Below are positions 34,119-43,303 of a DNA stretch of 64,000 bases, piece by piece. This DNA comes from Opitutales bacterium. GTDB taxonomy: Bacteria; Verrucomicrobiota; Verrucomicrobiia; Opitutales; JBHJGM01. The DNA lies in assembly GCA_050331595.1 (NCBI GenBank), contig JBHJGQ010000004.1, positions 140,262-204,261 of the forward strand, written 5' to 3'. Each line of letters begins with the position of its first letter. Within the stretch, counting starts at the first letter, position 1. The notes beneath the pieces were generated by a model. It did not search any database. It was not told the origin of the DNA and saw only the letters and a program-made list of their open reading frames with translations. A program made the position numbers and the translations under genes.

Positions 34119-34134
34119 GGTTATCTTGATAACC
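34119..34134. promoter_or_regulatory. Perfect 16-bp palindrome abutting the LacI-family gene start (candidate auto-operator)
   Basis: GGTTATC-TT-GATAACC ends 1 nt before ATG 34136, in the divergent region shared with the G8-protein gene. Confidence 0.4.
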
Positions 34135-34135
34135 C

Positions 34136-35245
34136 ATGCGCGAGTTACCCCACCGCGTTACCCTCAAAGCGATTGCGGCCGAGGCCGGCGTTTCACAAGC
34201 GACGGTCTCGCTCTCGCTGCAGGGCAATCCGCGAATCTCGGCCTCCACGCGCCGCCGCATCTGCGCGCTGGCCAAGCGCATGGGCTACCTGCCCGACCCG
34301 GGGGTTTCACGAATGAACCTTTACCGCTGGGGCGAGCGGCACGTGAGTGAGGGTTCATCGGTGGCGTACCTGACGGCGTTCGGACACGTGAGTCGTCCGA
34401 ACACCGGATTTCGATCCTTTCAGCAAACCTGTTGGAACGGGGCCTGCGAGGAAGCCATGAAGCTGGGTTACTCGTTGTTTCATTTGGATTTGAACCAGTA
34501 CGCTCGGCCGCAGTCGGTGAACCGTCTCTTGAAAGCGCGCGGCGTACGCGGGCTGATTGTGGGGCCGGTCCGCGATGCGGTCTGGGCCAAGGGTCTGGAT
34601 TGGGAATCCTTTCCGGCTGTGGCGATTGAACGCGGGGCGATTCAGTTGCCGATTCACACGATCAGCCCGGATGACTTCGCCGGGGCGCGCCTGATCTGCC
34701 AACAGCTGCGTGGACGCGGTTACCGGCGCATCGGCCTGACCGTGCAATGGGATAACCTCACTTACGGCTATCCGGAGACGCGCGTTGCCGGCCTGCTGCA
34801 CGAGATGCAATTCGGTGAGCGTACACTGGGACAGATGCCGCTGCTGCAAACGGACTTTCGCGATGTCGGCAAACTCAAGCAATGGCTGGAGCAGTACCGT
34901 CCGGACTGTGTCGTCGGGACCAATGGGAGTGTGTATTGGGATTTGCACGACGCCGGTTGGCGCTGTCCGCGGGATGTGGGGTGCGCGATCCTGGTGTACC
35001 AAAGGCTCCGGCCCGATGCAGTGGATGTGAGCGGCATTGACCGGCGCGGTTTTCAACTGGGGGTGGCCGCGATGCAGTTTTTGGACTCGCGCATTCGGCT
35101 CAACCAGACTCTCCCGGCTCCTGAGGAACTCCAGACCATTCTCGTGCCACCGAAATGGGAAGAGGGCACTACGGTGCAGCCTGTCCGGCGACGTTCGACG
35201 CGGGCCAAGACAAGGGCGCGGCTACGAGCGCCGGGACGCCCCTGA
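34136..35245 (+). CDS. LacI family transcriptional regulator
   Basis: HTH 'VTLKAIAAEAGVSQATVSLSLQGNPRISASTRRRICALAKRMGYLPDP' followed by a periplasmic-binding-protein-like core. Confidence 0.87.
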   Translation: MRELPHRVTLKAIAAEAGVSQATVSLSLQGNPRISASTRRRICALAKRMGYLPDPGVSRMNLYRWGERHVSEGSSVAYLTAFGHVSRPNTGFRSFQQTCWNGACEEAMKLGYSLFHLDLNQYARPQSVNRLLKARGVRGLIVGPVRDAVWAKGLDWESFPAVAIERGAIQLPIHTISPDDFAGARLICQQLRGRGYRRIGLTVQWDNLTYGYPETRVAGLLHEMQFGERTLGQMPLLQTDFRDVGKLKQWLEQYRPDCVVGTNGSVYWDLHDAGWRCPRDVGCAILVYQRLRPDAVDVSGIDRRGFQLGVAAMQFLDSRIRLNQTLPAPEELQTILVPPKWEEGTTVQPVRRRSTRAKTRARLRAPGRP

Positions 35246-35682
35246 GTGCGCTAAAATTGATCTGAAAAACCTCCGAGGGTGGCCATTCGAGTTGGGCCAA
35301 TCCGCGACGTTCATGGGTGTAGCTCAGATCCATAGGGGTATTAGCATCATTTCTGGTTGGGACTTTTTCGGACGCCCAGAAGGCAGCAATGAAGCGTTTA
35401 TTCGGGCCGTGAATGATAGATATTGGTGCACACAAATGCGTTCATAACGAACTGGTTAGCAAAGTTTGCGGCGTTTTTGCATGTTTAGGAGCTTACCGGT
35501 GGCAGCTGAATGGTTCCAGGGCTCAACAGGCCTACTTGATAATCAGGTACTTAAAGAGGTCGAAAGGCCGACGACAGTGAAAGGTGTCGCCCTTGCTGTA
35601 TTCATGATGGGACTTGGTGCTCTGGCCGTGTCGCGGGCGATATCAAAGGCAGGTCAGAGCCTGGGTTCCGCTGGAGGAATCA

Positions 35683-37644
35683 ATGATGCGCTGCATCTAT
35701 TCAAATGGGATGCGAAGCCTGGTAGGCTTGGCCGCCATCGCGGGGCTTTTGTGTGCGCCGCTGGCGAATGCGGAGACCGAAGCCGGTCTCGACGAGGACT
35801 TCACGGAGCTCTCGCTGGAGGAACTGCTCGATGTGCAGATTTACACCGCCTCGAAACGCGAGGAGCCGCTGTTCACCACGCCGTCGGCCAGTTATGTATT
35901 GTCGGGCGATGACATTCGCTCGACGGGGGTGACCCACCTGGCCGATGCCTTACGCGTGGTACCCGGGGTGAACGTGGCCAGCTTCAACAGCAATCGCTGG
36001 GCGGTCTCGGTGCGCGGGTTCAACAGCGTCTTCAACAACAACCTGCTGACGCTGATCGACGGACGCGTGCTCTTCTCGAATTCGTTCGCCGGCACATTCT
36101 GGGCCGAGGTCGACATCCTGCTGGACAACATCCAGTCGATCGAGGTGGTGCGCGGGCCGGGCGGTTCGGTTTGGGGAGCCAACGCGGTCAACGGCGTGAT
36201 CAACGTGATCAGCAAGCCGGCCTCCGAGACTCAGGGCACCCTGGTGAAAGGGCGCATCGGCACGCAGGAGCGCACCGCGGCCTTTCGCTACGGCGGCAAA
36301 CTGGACAACCACGAGGCCTACTACCGCATCTGGGCCAAGTACAGTGACTACGATGCCTTCGAGAATCCGCTGGGCCCGGACTTCGACAGCTGGGATTCGT
36401 ACCAGGCAGCGGCCCGCCTGGACTGGGAACTGCAGAATGACCGCTCGCTGATCTTTGAAGTGGGCGGCTATCGTCAGGATATCGACGACCTGTTCGCGAT
36501 GCTTTCGGCCGATGCGATCCACACGGTGGAATCGCTGTACGTGACGGGTGCCTGGATCCATCGCAACGGGCCGGACCGCCAGCGCGAGATACGTTCCTAC
36601 CTCAACTACACCGACTTTAACGCGCTGCTGGATTTGCGTCAGTCGGAATACCGGTTCGACCTGCAGTACCAGGAATCGCTGCCCCTGGGCTCACGCAGCC
36701 AATTGACCTTCGGGGCGGGCTACCGTCTGGACTGGGATGATACGCGGGGCAACCTGTTTACCTTTCTGGAGCCGACCGAGGATTCGCGACACACCTTCAA
36801 CGCGTTCTTCCAGAACAAATTTGCCGTGCTGCCCGACAAGCTCTTCGTGCTCGGGGGTCTGAAGTTCGAGTACCACTCCTTCATTGGTCCGGTCTATCAG
36901 CCGGATGCCAAGATCCTCTTCACGCCCACCAAGGACCAGACCTACTGGGGTTCGGTGGCGCATGCGGTCCGCACACCGACGCGCAGCGAGCGCGCGCTGC
37001 GAGGTTTTGCGCCCGGCAGCTTTCCTCCCACACCGTTGATGGGGAACGAGAATCTGGCCGAGGAATCGGTGACGGCCTACGAGCTGGGGGCCCGCTGGCG
37101 TGTGCGCCAACGCGTTTCGATTGACGTGGCTGCGTTTTACAACACCTACCAGGATCTGGCGGGACCAGCCAACTTGATGGGCGTGCGAACCTTTGAAGAC
37201 GTAGGGGATGCCGAAACCTACGGCATCGAGGTGGCGATGGATTACAACGTCAGCGAGGACCTTCAGATTCGTACCTCTTACAGCTTCTTGAAGCTCGACT
37301 TCGACGGCAGCGCGATTGCCCGGCCGTCCTTCGAAGCCCAGGATACCCGTACGCCTGAGCAGCAATACTCAGTGCTGGCCACCTGGACACCGACCGAACA
37401 GCTGGAGTTTTCCGGGGTCCTGCGCTACTACGATAATCTCTTCGACGCTCAGTCGATGACCAGCATCGACGGCTACCTGCAGGCGGACTTGCGCGCAGCC
37501 TGGAAACCGAACGAGCGTCTGGAGTTTTCGCTAGTCGGGCGCAATCTGCTCGACGCCAGTCAGCAGGAGGTCTTCACCGTTAACTCGGTGACGCCGACGG
37601 AGGTACCTCGAGAGGTTTACGTGCAGGCAACCCTGAGCTTCTAG
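35683..37644 (+). CDS. TonB-dependent receptor
   Basis: Signal peptide 'MMRCIYSNGMRSLVGLAAIAGLLCAPLANA'. Plug 'LEELLDVQIYTASKREEPLFTTPSASYVLSGDDIRSTGVTHLADALRVVPGVNV'. C-terminal 'VYVQATLSF' ends in an aromatic residue. Confidence 0.88.
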   Translation: MMRCIYSNGMRSLVGLAAIAGLLCAPLANAETEAGLDEDFTELSLEELLDVQIYTASKREEPLFTTPSASYVLSGDDIRSTGVTHLADALRVVPGVNVASFNSNRWAVSVRGFNSVFNNNLLTLIDGRVLFSNSFAGTFWAEVDILLDNIQSIEVVRGPGGSVWGANAVNGVINVISKPASETQGTLVKGRIGTQERTAAFRYGGKLDNHEAYYRIWAKYSDYDAFENPLGPDFDSWDSYQAAARLDWELQNDRSLIFEVGGYRQDIDDLFAMLSADAIHTVESLYVTGAWIHRNGPDRQREIRSYLNYTDFNALLDLRQSEYRFDLQYQESLPLGSRSQLTFGAGYRLDWDDTRGNLFTFLEPTEDSRHTFNAFFQNKFAVLPDKLFVLGGLKFEYHSFIGPVYQPDAKILFTPTKDQTYWGSVAHAVRTPTRSERALRGFAPGSFPPTPLMGNENLAEESVTAYELGARWRVRQRVSIDVAAFYNTYQDLAGPANLMGVRTFEDVGDAETYGIEVAMDYNVSEDLQIRTSYSFLKLDFDGSAIARPSFEAQDTRTPEQQYSVLATWTPTEQLEFSGVLRYYDNLFDAQSMTSIDGYLQADLRAAWKPNERLEFSLVGRNLLDASQQEVFTVNSVTPTEVPREVYVQATLSF

Positions 37645-37651
37645 CGCTTAC

Positions 37652-38305
37652 TTGGAGCACAGCTGCGTGAGCCTGCGGACTTGTAGATGGATCCTCCGGG
37701 CCGGGGCCTGCCTCTTGGCGGTCGCGACCTTGGGCATGCCTTGCCTGAAGGGGGAGGAGATGGACGAACGTGCCTTGCGCTTACGCGCGGCCTTTGTGTT
37801 CAACTTCTGCAAGTTCGTCGAGTGGCCCAAAGATGCCTTCGATGGCAAAAAGGCTCCGCTGGTGGTGGGGATTGATTTGTCCGACGCCAACTTCTCCATC
37901 TTCGAAAAATCGCTGGCAAACAAGACCGTGCAAGGCCGTCCCTTGCAGGTGATACGGCTGACGCCCGAAACCCTGAATCAGACCATCCACGTTGCTTACT
38001 TGGGCAGCACTCCAGCCGATCAGATCGATGGTGCGCTGTCGGCGTTTGGCGGTCGCCCGGTGTTGACCATCGGGGACGCTGATCCATTCAACCAGGCCGG
38101 CGGTGTCATCCAGTTTCTGCCTTCGGAGGGCCGCCTGCGCTATCGGATCAACCTCGCGGCCAAGCACGATGACCTGGATTTCAGTGCGAAGTTGCTGCAG
38201 CTGGCGCTGGTTTACGAGAGCACCAGCATGCGCTGGCAATCGGAGCGGGTCTACTACGCTTCGCCCCTCACCATCGAGCCGGCGCAGCTCTGGGGTACCT
38301 TGTAG
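37652..38305 (+). CDS. YfiR family (DUF4154) periplasmic protein
   Basis: 'LRAAFVFNFCKFVEWP', 'HVAYLGS', 'PVLTIGD', 'GGVIQFLPSEGRLRYRINL' and 'LDFSAKLLQLA'. TTG start. The stop overlaps the kinase GTG by 1 nt. Confidence 0.72.
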   Translation: MEHSCVSLRTCRWILRAGACLLAVATLGMPCLKGEEMDERALRLRAAFVFNFCKFVEWPKDAFDGKKAPLVVGIDLSDANFSIFEKSLANKTVQGRPLQVIRLTPETLNQTIHVAYLGSTPADQIDGALSAFGGRPVLTIGDADPFNQAGGVIQFLPSEGRLRYRINLAAKHDDLDFSAKLLQLALVYESTSMRWQSERVYYASPLTIEPAQLWGTL

Positions 38306-40707
38306 TGAAAGCCTACTTTTACAGTCTTTCCACGCGCAACAAGCTGAGCCTGATCATCACGTCGCTCAGCTTTTGCTCGTTGATGCTGTTCTCGGTGGCG
38401 AAGGTTTATTTGGATTACCGCAGTCAACGGGCCGCCTTGAAGGACAGCCTGGCTACGACCTCGGCGATCATCGGGGACAACTTGAAGGCGCCTTTGCTTT
38501 TCCAGGATGCCATGGCCGCGACGGAGGTTCTCAACACCCTCAATCAGGATGCCTACATCACCCGGGCGACGCTCTGGAATCATTCGGGCGAAGCGTTCGC
38601 CGAGTATGTGGGCAACACTCGCTGTCAGGATTTGTGGGTGACCCAGTGTGGCTTGATCGACCACCGCAAAAGCATCGGCGTGCATCAGATGGAGGTGGTG
38701 GCCGATGGCGAAACGCTGGGCGTTCTGGTGATCGAGCGCTCGCTGGCCCCCTTTTACGAAGAGATTCTGGTCACCGCGCTCATCAGTGGCGCGCTGGCTC
38801 TGCTGGCAACGTTTCTGGCGTGGCTCGGGGCGACCTTCCTACAAAGCCTGATCACACGGCGCATCAGCATGCTGCGGCAGGCCGTCGAGGACGTCGAGCA
38901 GAGCAAAGTCTTCCACCACCGCATCGAGGACGACGGCCACACCGACGACATCGGAGTCCTGATCAGCGGGTTCAACCGGATGATGTCCGAAATCGAAGAG
39001 CGGGACGATTCGCTGGAGGAAGCGCGCAAAGTGCTCGAACTTAAAGTCGAAGAGCGCACGTCAGAACTGGCCCAAGCCATGGAGAAAGCCGAAGGCGCCA
39101 ATCGAGCCAAGTCCGCCTTCCTTGCGACGATGAGTCATGAGATGCGCACGCCGCTCAACGCCGTGATCGGCAACTCTGAGCTGATGCTGCAAAAGGAACT
39201 CGACGCGCAGGACGCCGAGGGACTGGAAACCATTCAGCAAAGCGGCAATGCCCTGCTATCGCTGATCAACGACATCCTGGACTTCAGCAAAATCGAGGCG
39301 GAGCGCCTGGAGCTGGAGGAACGCGATTTCGAACTGCTCGAAGCGATTACCCAGCCGCTGGCCCTGCAGGGCACACGAGCCGTGGCGAACCGAGTCCGCC
39401 TGTGTTACGCCCTAGACAGCGAACTGCCCACGGCCGTGGTGGGCGATGAAACGCGCCTGCGCCAGGTGATCACAAATCTGATTTCCAACGCGATCAAGTT
39501 CTCGCCAGACGGCGAGGTGCTCCTGCGAGTGAGCAGCGAAGCCGACGCGGAGTTGGCCGCACACCGCCTCACCATCAAGGTGGAGGATAACGGGGTGGGG
39601 ATTCCCTCGGACAAACTGGAGACAATTTTCGATCCCTTCACGCAGGCCGATGGCTCGACCACGCGCAAGTACGGGGGGACGGGCCTAGGGCTCACGATTT
39701 GCCGCCGCATCGTTGAAGCCATGGGGGGCACGCTCCAGGTGCAGAGCCGTGTCGCGTTGGGTACCACCTTTACGCTGAAGCTCGAGCTGAAAGAGGCTCC
39801 GGCGTCGCCCGCGCCTTATCATCACAACGCGCGCAACTTCATGGGCAAGCGAATCCTAGTCATCGAACCGCATGAGCCGACTCGCAAGCTTCTGGAGCAA
39901 TTGCAGCGCTCGTGGGGTGCGCTCTGCGACGCGGTCGGCACCGCCTACGAAGGGTTCTGCCTGCTGGAGGAAAAAACGCAATATCAGGCTGTCATCATTG
40001 GCATGAAACCGGATACGATGAGCGTGGAGGATTTGGCTGCTCAGATCCGAAAGATTCCGCGTCAGGAATCGCTGCCGTTATTGCTCCTCAGCGACGTGCC
40101 GCGCCTGCCAACAGAATATGCAGACGGGCTGATTCAGGCAGTGGTAACCTTTCCTTGTGCGCCTTCGCAACTGTTCATGCGATTGGCCGATATGCTGGGC
40201 ATGCGCACGGGTGGTAATCGCAGCCACGGTCTGGGCAAATCGTCCAACGGCAAGCTGGGCGAATCGCATCCGCTGTCGATCCTCATCGCCGAGGACAATC
40301 TGGTGAACCAGAAGGTGATGCAGAAGATATTGGCCTCGATGGCGTACGATTGCGACATCGCCGCCAACGGTGAGATCGCCCTGGAGATGCTTCGAGAAAA
40401 GCCATACGACCTGGTCCTGATGGACATGCAAATGCCGATCATGGATGGTTTGGAAGCATCCAGACACATTATCCGTGAGTATTCTGATGATCGGCGCCCG
40501 CGTATTGTGGCGCTGACCGCGAACGCCCTTAAAAATGACCAGGATGCCTGCCGCGATGCGGGGATGGACGGATTTGTCTCCAAGCCCGTTCAGCTGGCGC
40601 TGCTTCGCGAAATCCTGAAGGAGACGCCGTCGTTGACGACGAAGATGCGGGCGGATGCTTCCAGCAAGGGCCCGGCTAAAGACTCTACGCACCTGGCCGC
40701 GTGCTAG
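38305..40707 (+). CDS. Hybrid sensor histidine kinase with pseudo-receiver and canonical receiver domains
   Basis: Two TM segments flank a periplasmic sensor. HAMP, then a coiled coil, then 'SHEMRTPLNAVIGNSELM'. HATPase 'NLISNAIKF...DNGVGI...GGTGLGLTICRRIVEAMGG'. REC1 is degenerate ('VIIGMKPD', with Gly at the phospho-Asp position). REC2 'LIAEDNLVNQ...DLVLMDMQMPIMDG...SKP' is canonical. Confidence 0.9.
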   Translation: MKAYFYSLSTRNKLSLIITSLSFCSLMLFSVAKVYLDYRSQRAALKDSLATTSAIIGDNLKAPLLFQDAMAATEVLNTLNQDAYITRATLWNHSGEAFAEYVGNTRCQDLWVTQCGLIDHRKSIGVHQMEVVADGETLGVLVIERSLAPFYEEILVTALISGALALLATFLAWLGATFLQSLITRRISMLRQAVEDVEQSKVFHHRIEDDGHTDDIGVLISGFNRMMSEIEERDDSLEEARKVLELKVEERTSELAQAMEKAEGANRAKSAFLATMSHEMRTPLNAVIGNSELMLQKELDAQDAEGLETIQQSGNALLSLINDILDFSKIEAERLELEERDFELLEAITQPLALQGTRAVANRVRLCYALDSELPTAVVGDETRLRQVITNLISNAIKFSPDGEVLLRVSSEADAELAAHRLTIKVEDNGVGIPSDKLETIFDPFTQADGSTTRKYGGTGLGLTICRRIVEAMGGTLQVQSRVALGTTFTLKLELKEAPASPAPYHHNARNFMGKRILVIEPHEPTRKLLEQLQRSWGALCDAVGTAYEGFCLLEEKTQYQAVIIGMKPDTMSVEDLAAQIRKIPRQESLPLLLLSDVPRLPTEYADGLIQAVVTFPCAPSQLFMRLADMLGMRTGGNRSHGLGKSSNGKLGESHPLSILIAEDNLVNQKVMQKILASMAYDCDIAANGEIALEMLREKPYDLVLMDMQMPIMDGLEASRHIIREYSDDRRPRIVALTANALKNDQDACRDAGMDGFVSKPVQLALLREILKETPSLTTKMRADASSKGPAKDSTHLAAC

Positions 40708-40918
40708 TTCCTGTCTGCCACCCAATATGTTGGCACCTTCGCCGAGCCATCGGATGAAACGGGTCGGCAAGGCCAAAGCCGCCCGTTCAGCAGCAACCTT
40801 TTCAGGATAGCGTCGACGCGACAGTTGACTCTAGTGCCATCGATTATCGTAGAGGCATACGCATAAGGGTTGCAGGCGATGGGCGAATGCAGCTTACGGT
40901 CCGCGGTCTGGGGTTCGG

Positions 40919-41818
40919 TCAGCGAACCAGGTAAAGCAGGACGGTCATGGTCAGGCCGCTGAGAAGGGTGGTCCAGAAGACCTGTTGGGCGGCAATTTCG
41001 GGGTCGACCCGGTACTGCAGGGCCAGCAGGTGGGTGTTGACCGCCACGGGAAGCCCGCCGACCGCCAGAAGGATGGCGGCGTTCGGGCCCAGGTCGCCCG
41101 GCCAGAGCGCGATCAGCCCCCACATGAGCAAGGGCGAGAACAGCAGCCGCAAAACGGTTACGGTGCCTACTTGAATGAGGTGGCTCTTCAAGTTGCAGCG
41201 CGCCAGTTGGATGCCGAGGGTCAGCAGCATGACGGGCACCAGGCCGTCGGCCAGGTAGCGCACGGCGTTGCCGAGGGGTCCAGCGATGGGGGGCAGAACA
41301 AGCGCGAGCACGATGGCCCACAGCACCGGTACTTTGAGCAGGGACAGCAATTGGTGGCCGAAATGGATGCCGCCGTCCTGGCCGTCGCACGCGAGCAGGT
41401 AGATGCCGAGGGTGAAGTTTGTAAAGTTCTGCACCATCAGCACGATGGCCATGACGGCCGTGCCTTCGTCGCCAAAAAACAGCTGCGCCAGCGGGATGCC
41501 GTAGTTGCCGGCATTGTAAAAAATGACGCCGATGCGCGGGACGGATGTCTTGCCGGAGAACCAGCGCTTGTTGAAGACCGCCCAGGCCACGAGGGCGAGC
41601 AACAGCAGGTGCACCAGACAGAGCGCGGCAATGCCAGCGATGCGCGGGCCCTCCAAATCGCTTTCCTGGAGCTTCACGAAGATCAGTGCCGGCACAAAGG
41701 CGTAGAAGTTGATCTTGTTGAGCGTTTCCAGGTCCAGCGAGAAGGCACGCTCCAGCCCTGCGCCCAGGCCGATCAACAGGAAGATCGGCAGGATAACGTT
41801 GAGGAAGATGTCGACCAC
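40919..41818 (-). CDS. AEC (auxin efflux carrier) family permease
   Basis: GTG 41818 gives 'VVDIFLNVILPIFLLIGLGAGLERAF', and the protein is polytopic throughout (~300 aa). The upstream part of the track ORF overlaps the preceding gene and was rejected. Confidence 0.78.
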   Translation of the reverse strand: MVDIFLNVILPIFLLIGLGAGLERAFSLDLETLNKINFYAFVPALIFVKLQESDLEGPRIAGIAALCLVHLLLLALVAWAVFNKRWFSGKTSVPRIGVIFYNAGNYGIPLAQLFFGDEGTAVMAIVLMVQNFTNFTLGIYLLACDGQDGGIHFGHQLLSLLKVPVLWAIVLALVLPPIAGPLGNAVRYLADGLVPVMLLTLGIQLARCNLKSHLIQVGTVTVLRLLFSPLLMWGLIALWPGDLGPNAAILLAVGGLPVAVNTHLLALQYRVDPEIAAQQVFWTTLLSGLTMTVLLYLVR

Positions 41819-41837
41819 GGCGGGTGCGATGCGATGC

Positions 41838-43202
41838 CTAGGCCTTCGCGTCCAGGGCGATGAAGGTGTCCAGGTCGCGGTGCGGCACGACGGTGAAGGT
41901 GCCGGTGTTCGCGTACGTGTAGTGGCTCGTGCGTTCACCGCTCTCCGGGTCGTAGAGCGAGACCTCGAACGCATCGCTCTTGAGGACGCGGGTATCCAGG
42001 CAGAGTGGCTGTCGTACCGGTACGTAGGCCAGAATGTAGCTGCCTTCACGACACCGGGCAACACGCACGTGCGCCGCCGGGTCGCAATTTTCTGGCTGGG
42101 TGAAGTCCCGACCCACGCTGCGGAACTTTTGCAACGGCAGCCACAACTCCTGGGCGGGCATGCGTGTGAAATAGGCGCGCTCCAGCAGGCGATCCGTCAG
42201 GTGCTTCAGCTGCGCGGAACCCGGGGCGTCGAGCACGTCGCTCCAAACCGGCATGTGGTGCCGGCCATGCACGTGGATGCGGTCGCCCTTGCGGTGAATC
42301 TGGCGAATGGGTTCGCAGCCGTAGCCAAAGCCGGCGGCTCCCGCCAGGACGGAGCGGTAGAGGCACTTGCGCACGTCGTAGGCGCCAAAGACTGGTTCTT
42401 CCGCCGGATGGTCCTTTTCCTGCAACATCAGAAACATCGGGCTGCACTCGTAGTTGGCCTCCAGGTTCAGGCAGGGTTTGGGCGGGGCGTGGCGGTAGAG
42501 GTGCTCGATGTAGCGGTAGTCGGCGATGTTGGGCCGGGCGTGGCCGGATTGCATCGCGTTGAAATCCAGCCACGGGGCCGCGTGAAAAATGTCCGAGACG
42601 GAGGTATCGTTCGGATGGAAGGTCATGAGGCGCTCCCCGCTGCGTCCTGCCCGGATGCCGGCTGCCATCGCCTCGACGGTGCGGGCGTAGTCCTGGTTTT
42701 GGATGGGGCTGTCTCCGCCGAGCACCCACAGGATATTGGGCAGATCGCCCAGTGAATCGGAGAGGTGGCGTCCATAGGCGTGGGCTTTCGGCGCGTCCAT
42801 GATGACGGGTCCAGCCGAGTTGGAATGCTCGTTCCATTTGTCGCCCCAGGTGGGCAGCAAGCCCATGAAAAGGCCGTAGGACTGAGCGAGTTCCACCACC
42901 CGCCGCACGTTTTCCAGCCAGGCCGGATTCAGGCGCACGGCGTACATGTCCGCTTCCGAGGCAAAGGGCGTTACCCCGTAGGCGTTGGGTGTGTTTGGGG
43001 TGAACAGGTCCCGGAAAACGACGGAGAGGATCACCGTGAAGCCCTTGCTCGCTCGATTTTCAAACAACCGCCGCACGTCGGCCTCCTCCAGCTTGTTGAA
43101 GAGCAGCCAGGCGGTGTCAGCCAGAAGGAAGAAGGGCTGGCCTGTTTCGGTCTGGAAAAAGTGTCCGTCGGGACTGACCCGCAGCGTCGGCAGCATCGGC
43201 AT
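41838..43202 (-). CDS. DUF4038 / GH140-like glycoside hydrolase with C-terminal collagenase-type binding domain
   Basis: ATG 43202 gives 'MPMLPTLRVSPDGHFFQTETGQPFFLLADTAWLLFNKLEEADVRRLFENRASKGFTVI', a DUF4038-type TIM-barrel N-terminus. The C-terminus is 'YILAYVPV...FEVSLYDPESGE'. Confidence 0.7.
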   Translation of the reverse strand: MPMLPTLRVSPDGHFFQTETGQPFFLLADTAWLLFNKLEEADVRRLFENRASKGFTVILSVVFRDLFTPNTPNAYGVTPFASEADMYAVRLNPAWLENVRRVVELAQSYGLFMGLLPTWGDKWNEHSNSAGPVIMDAPKAHAYGRHLSDSLGDLPNILWVLGGDSPIQNQDYARTVEAMAAGIRAGRSGERLMTFHPNDTSVSDIFHAAPWLDFNAMQSGHARPNIADYRYIEHLYRHAPPKPCLNLEANYECSPMFLMLQEKDHPAEEPVFGAYDVRKCLYRSVLAGAAGFGYGCEPIRQIHRKGDRIHVHGRHHMPVWSDVLDAPGSAQLKHLTDRLLERAYFTRMPAQELWLPLQKFRSVGRDFTQPENCDPAAHVRVARCREGSYILAYVPVRQPLCLDTRVLKSDAFEVSLYDPESGERTSHYTYANTGTFTVVPHRDLDTFIALDAKA

Positions 43203-43303
43203 GGCCTGAATTGCAAGGGCCCATGCACGCCTGAGACAAGGCCGCAATCGTACCCAACCGCGGCAGATGCCCCATGCGGTCAGATTTGGAGGTGTCTGGA
43301 TGT

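Noticed and set aside
35246-35682. A cobalamin riboswitch upstream of the TonB-dependent receptor, and the track ORFs 35037-35447 and 35466-35912 as real genes.
   Set aside because: I could not find the B12-box or the conserved GGGAA/GCCACTG-type cores by eye. The receptor's neighbours (YfiR, hybrid kinase) do not suggest BtuB. The ORFs have atypical composition and overlap the receptor start. Only a covariance-model scan could settle the RNA question.
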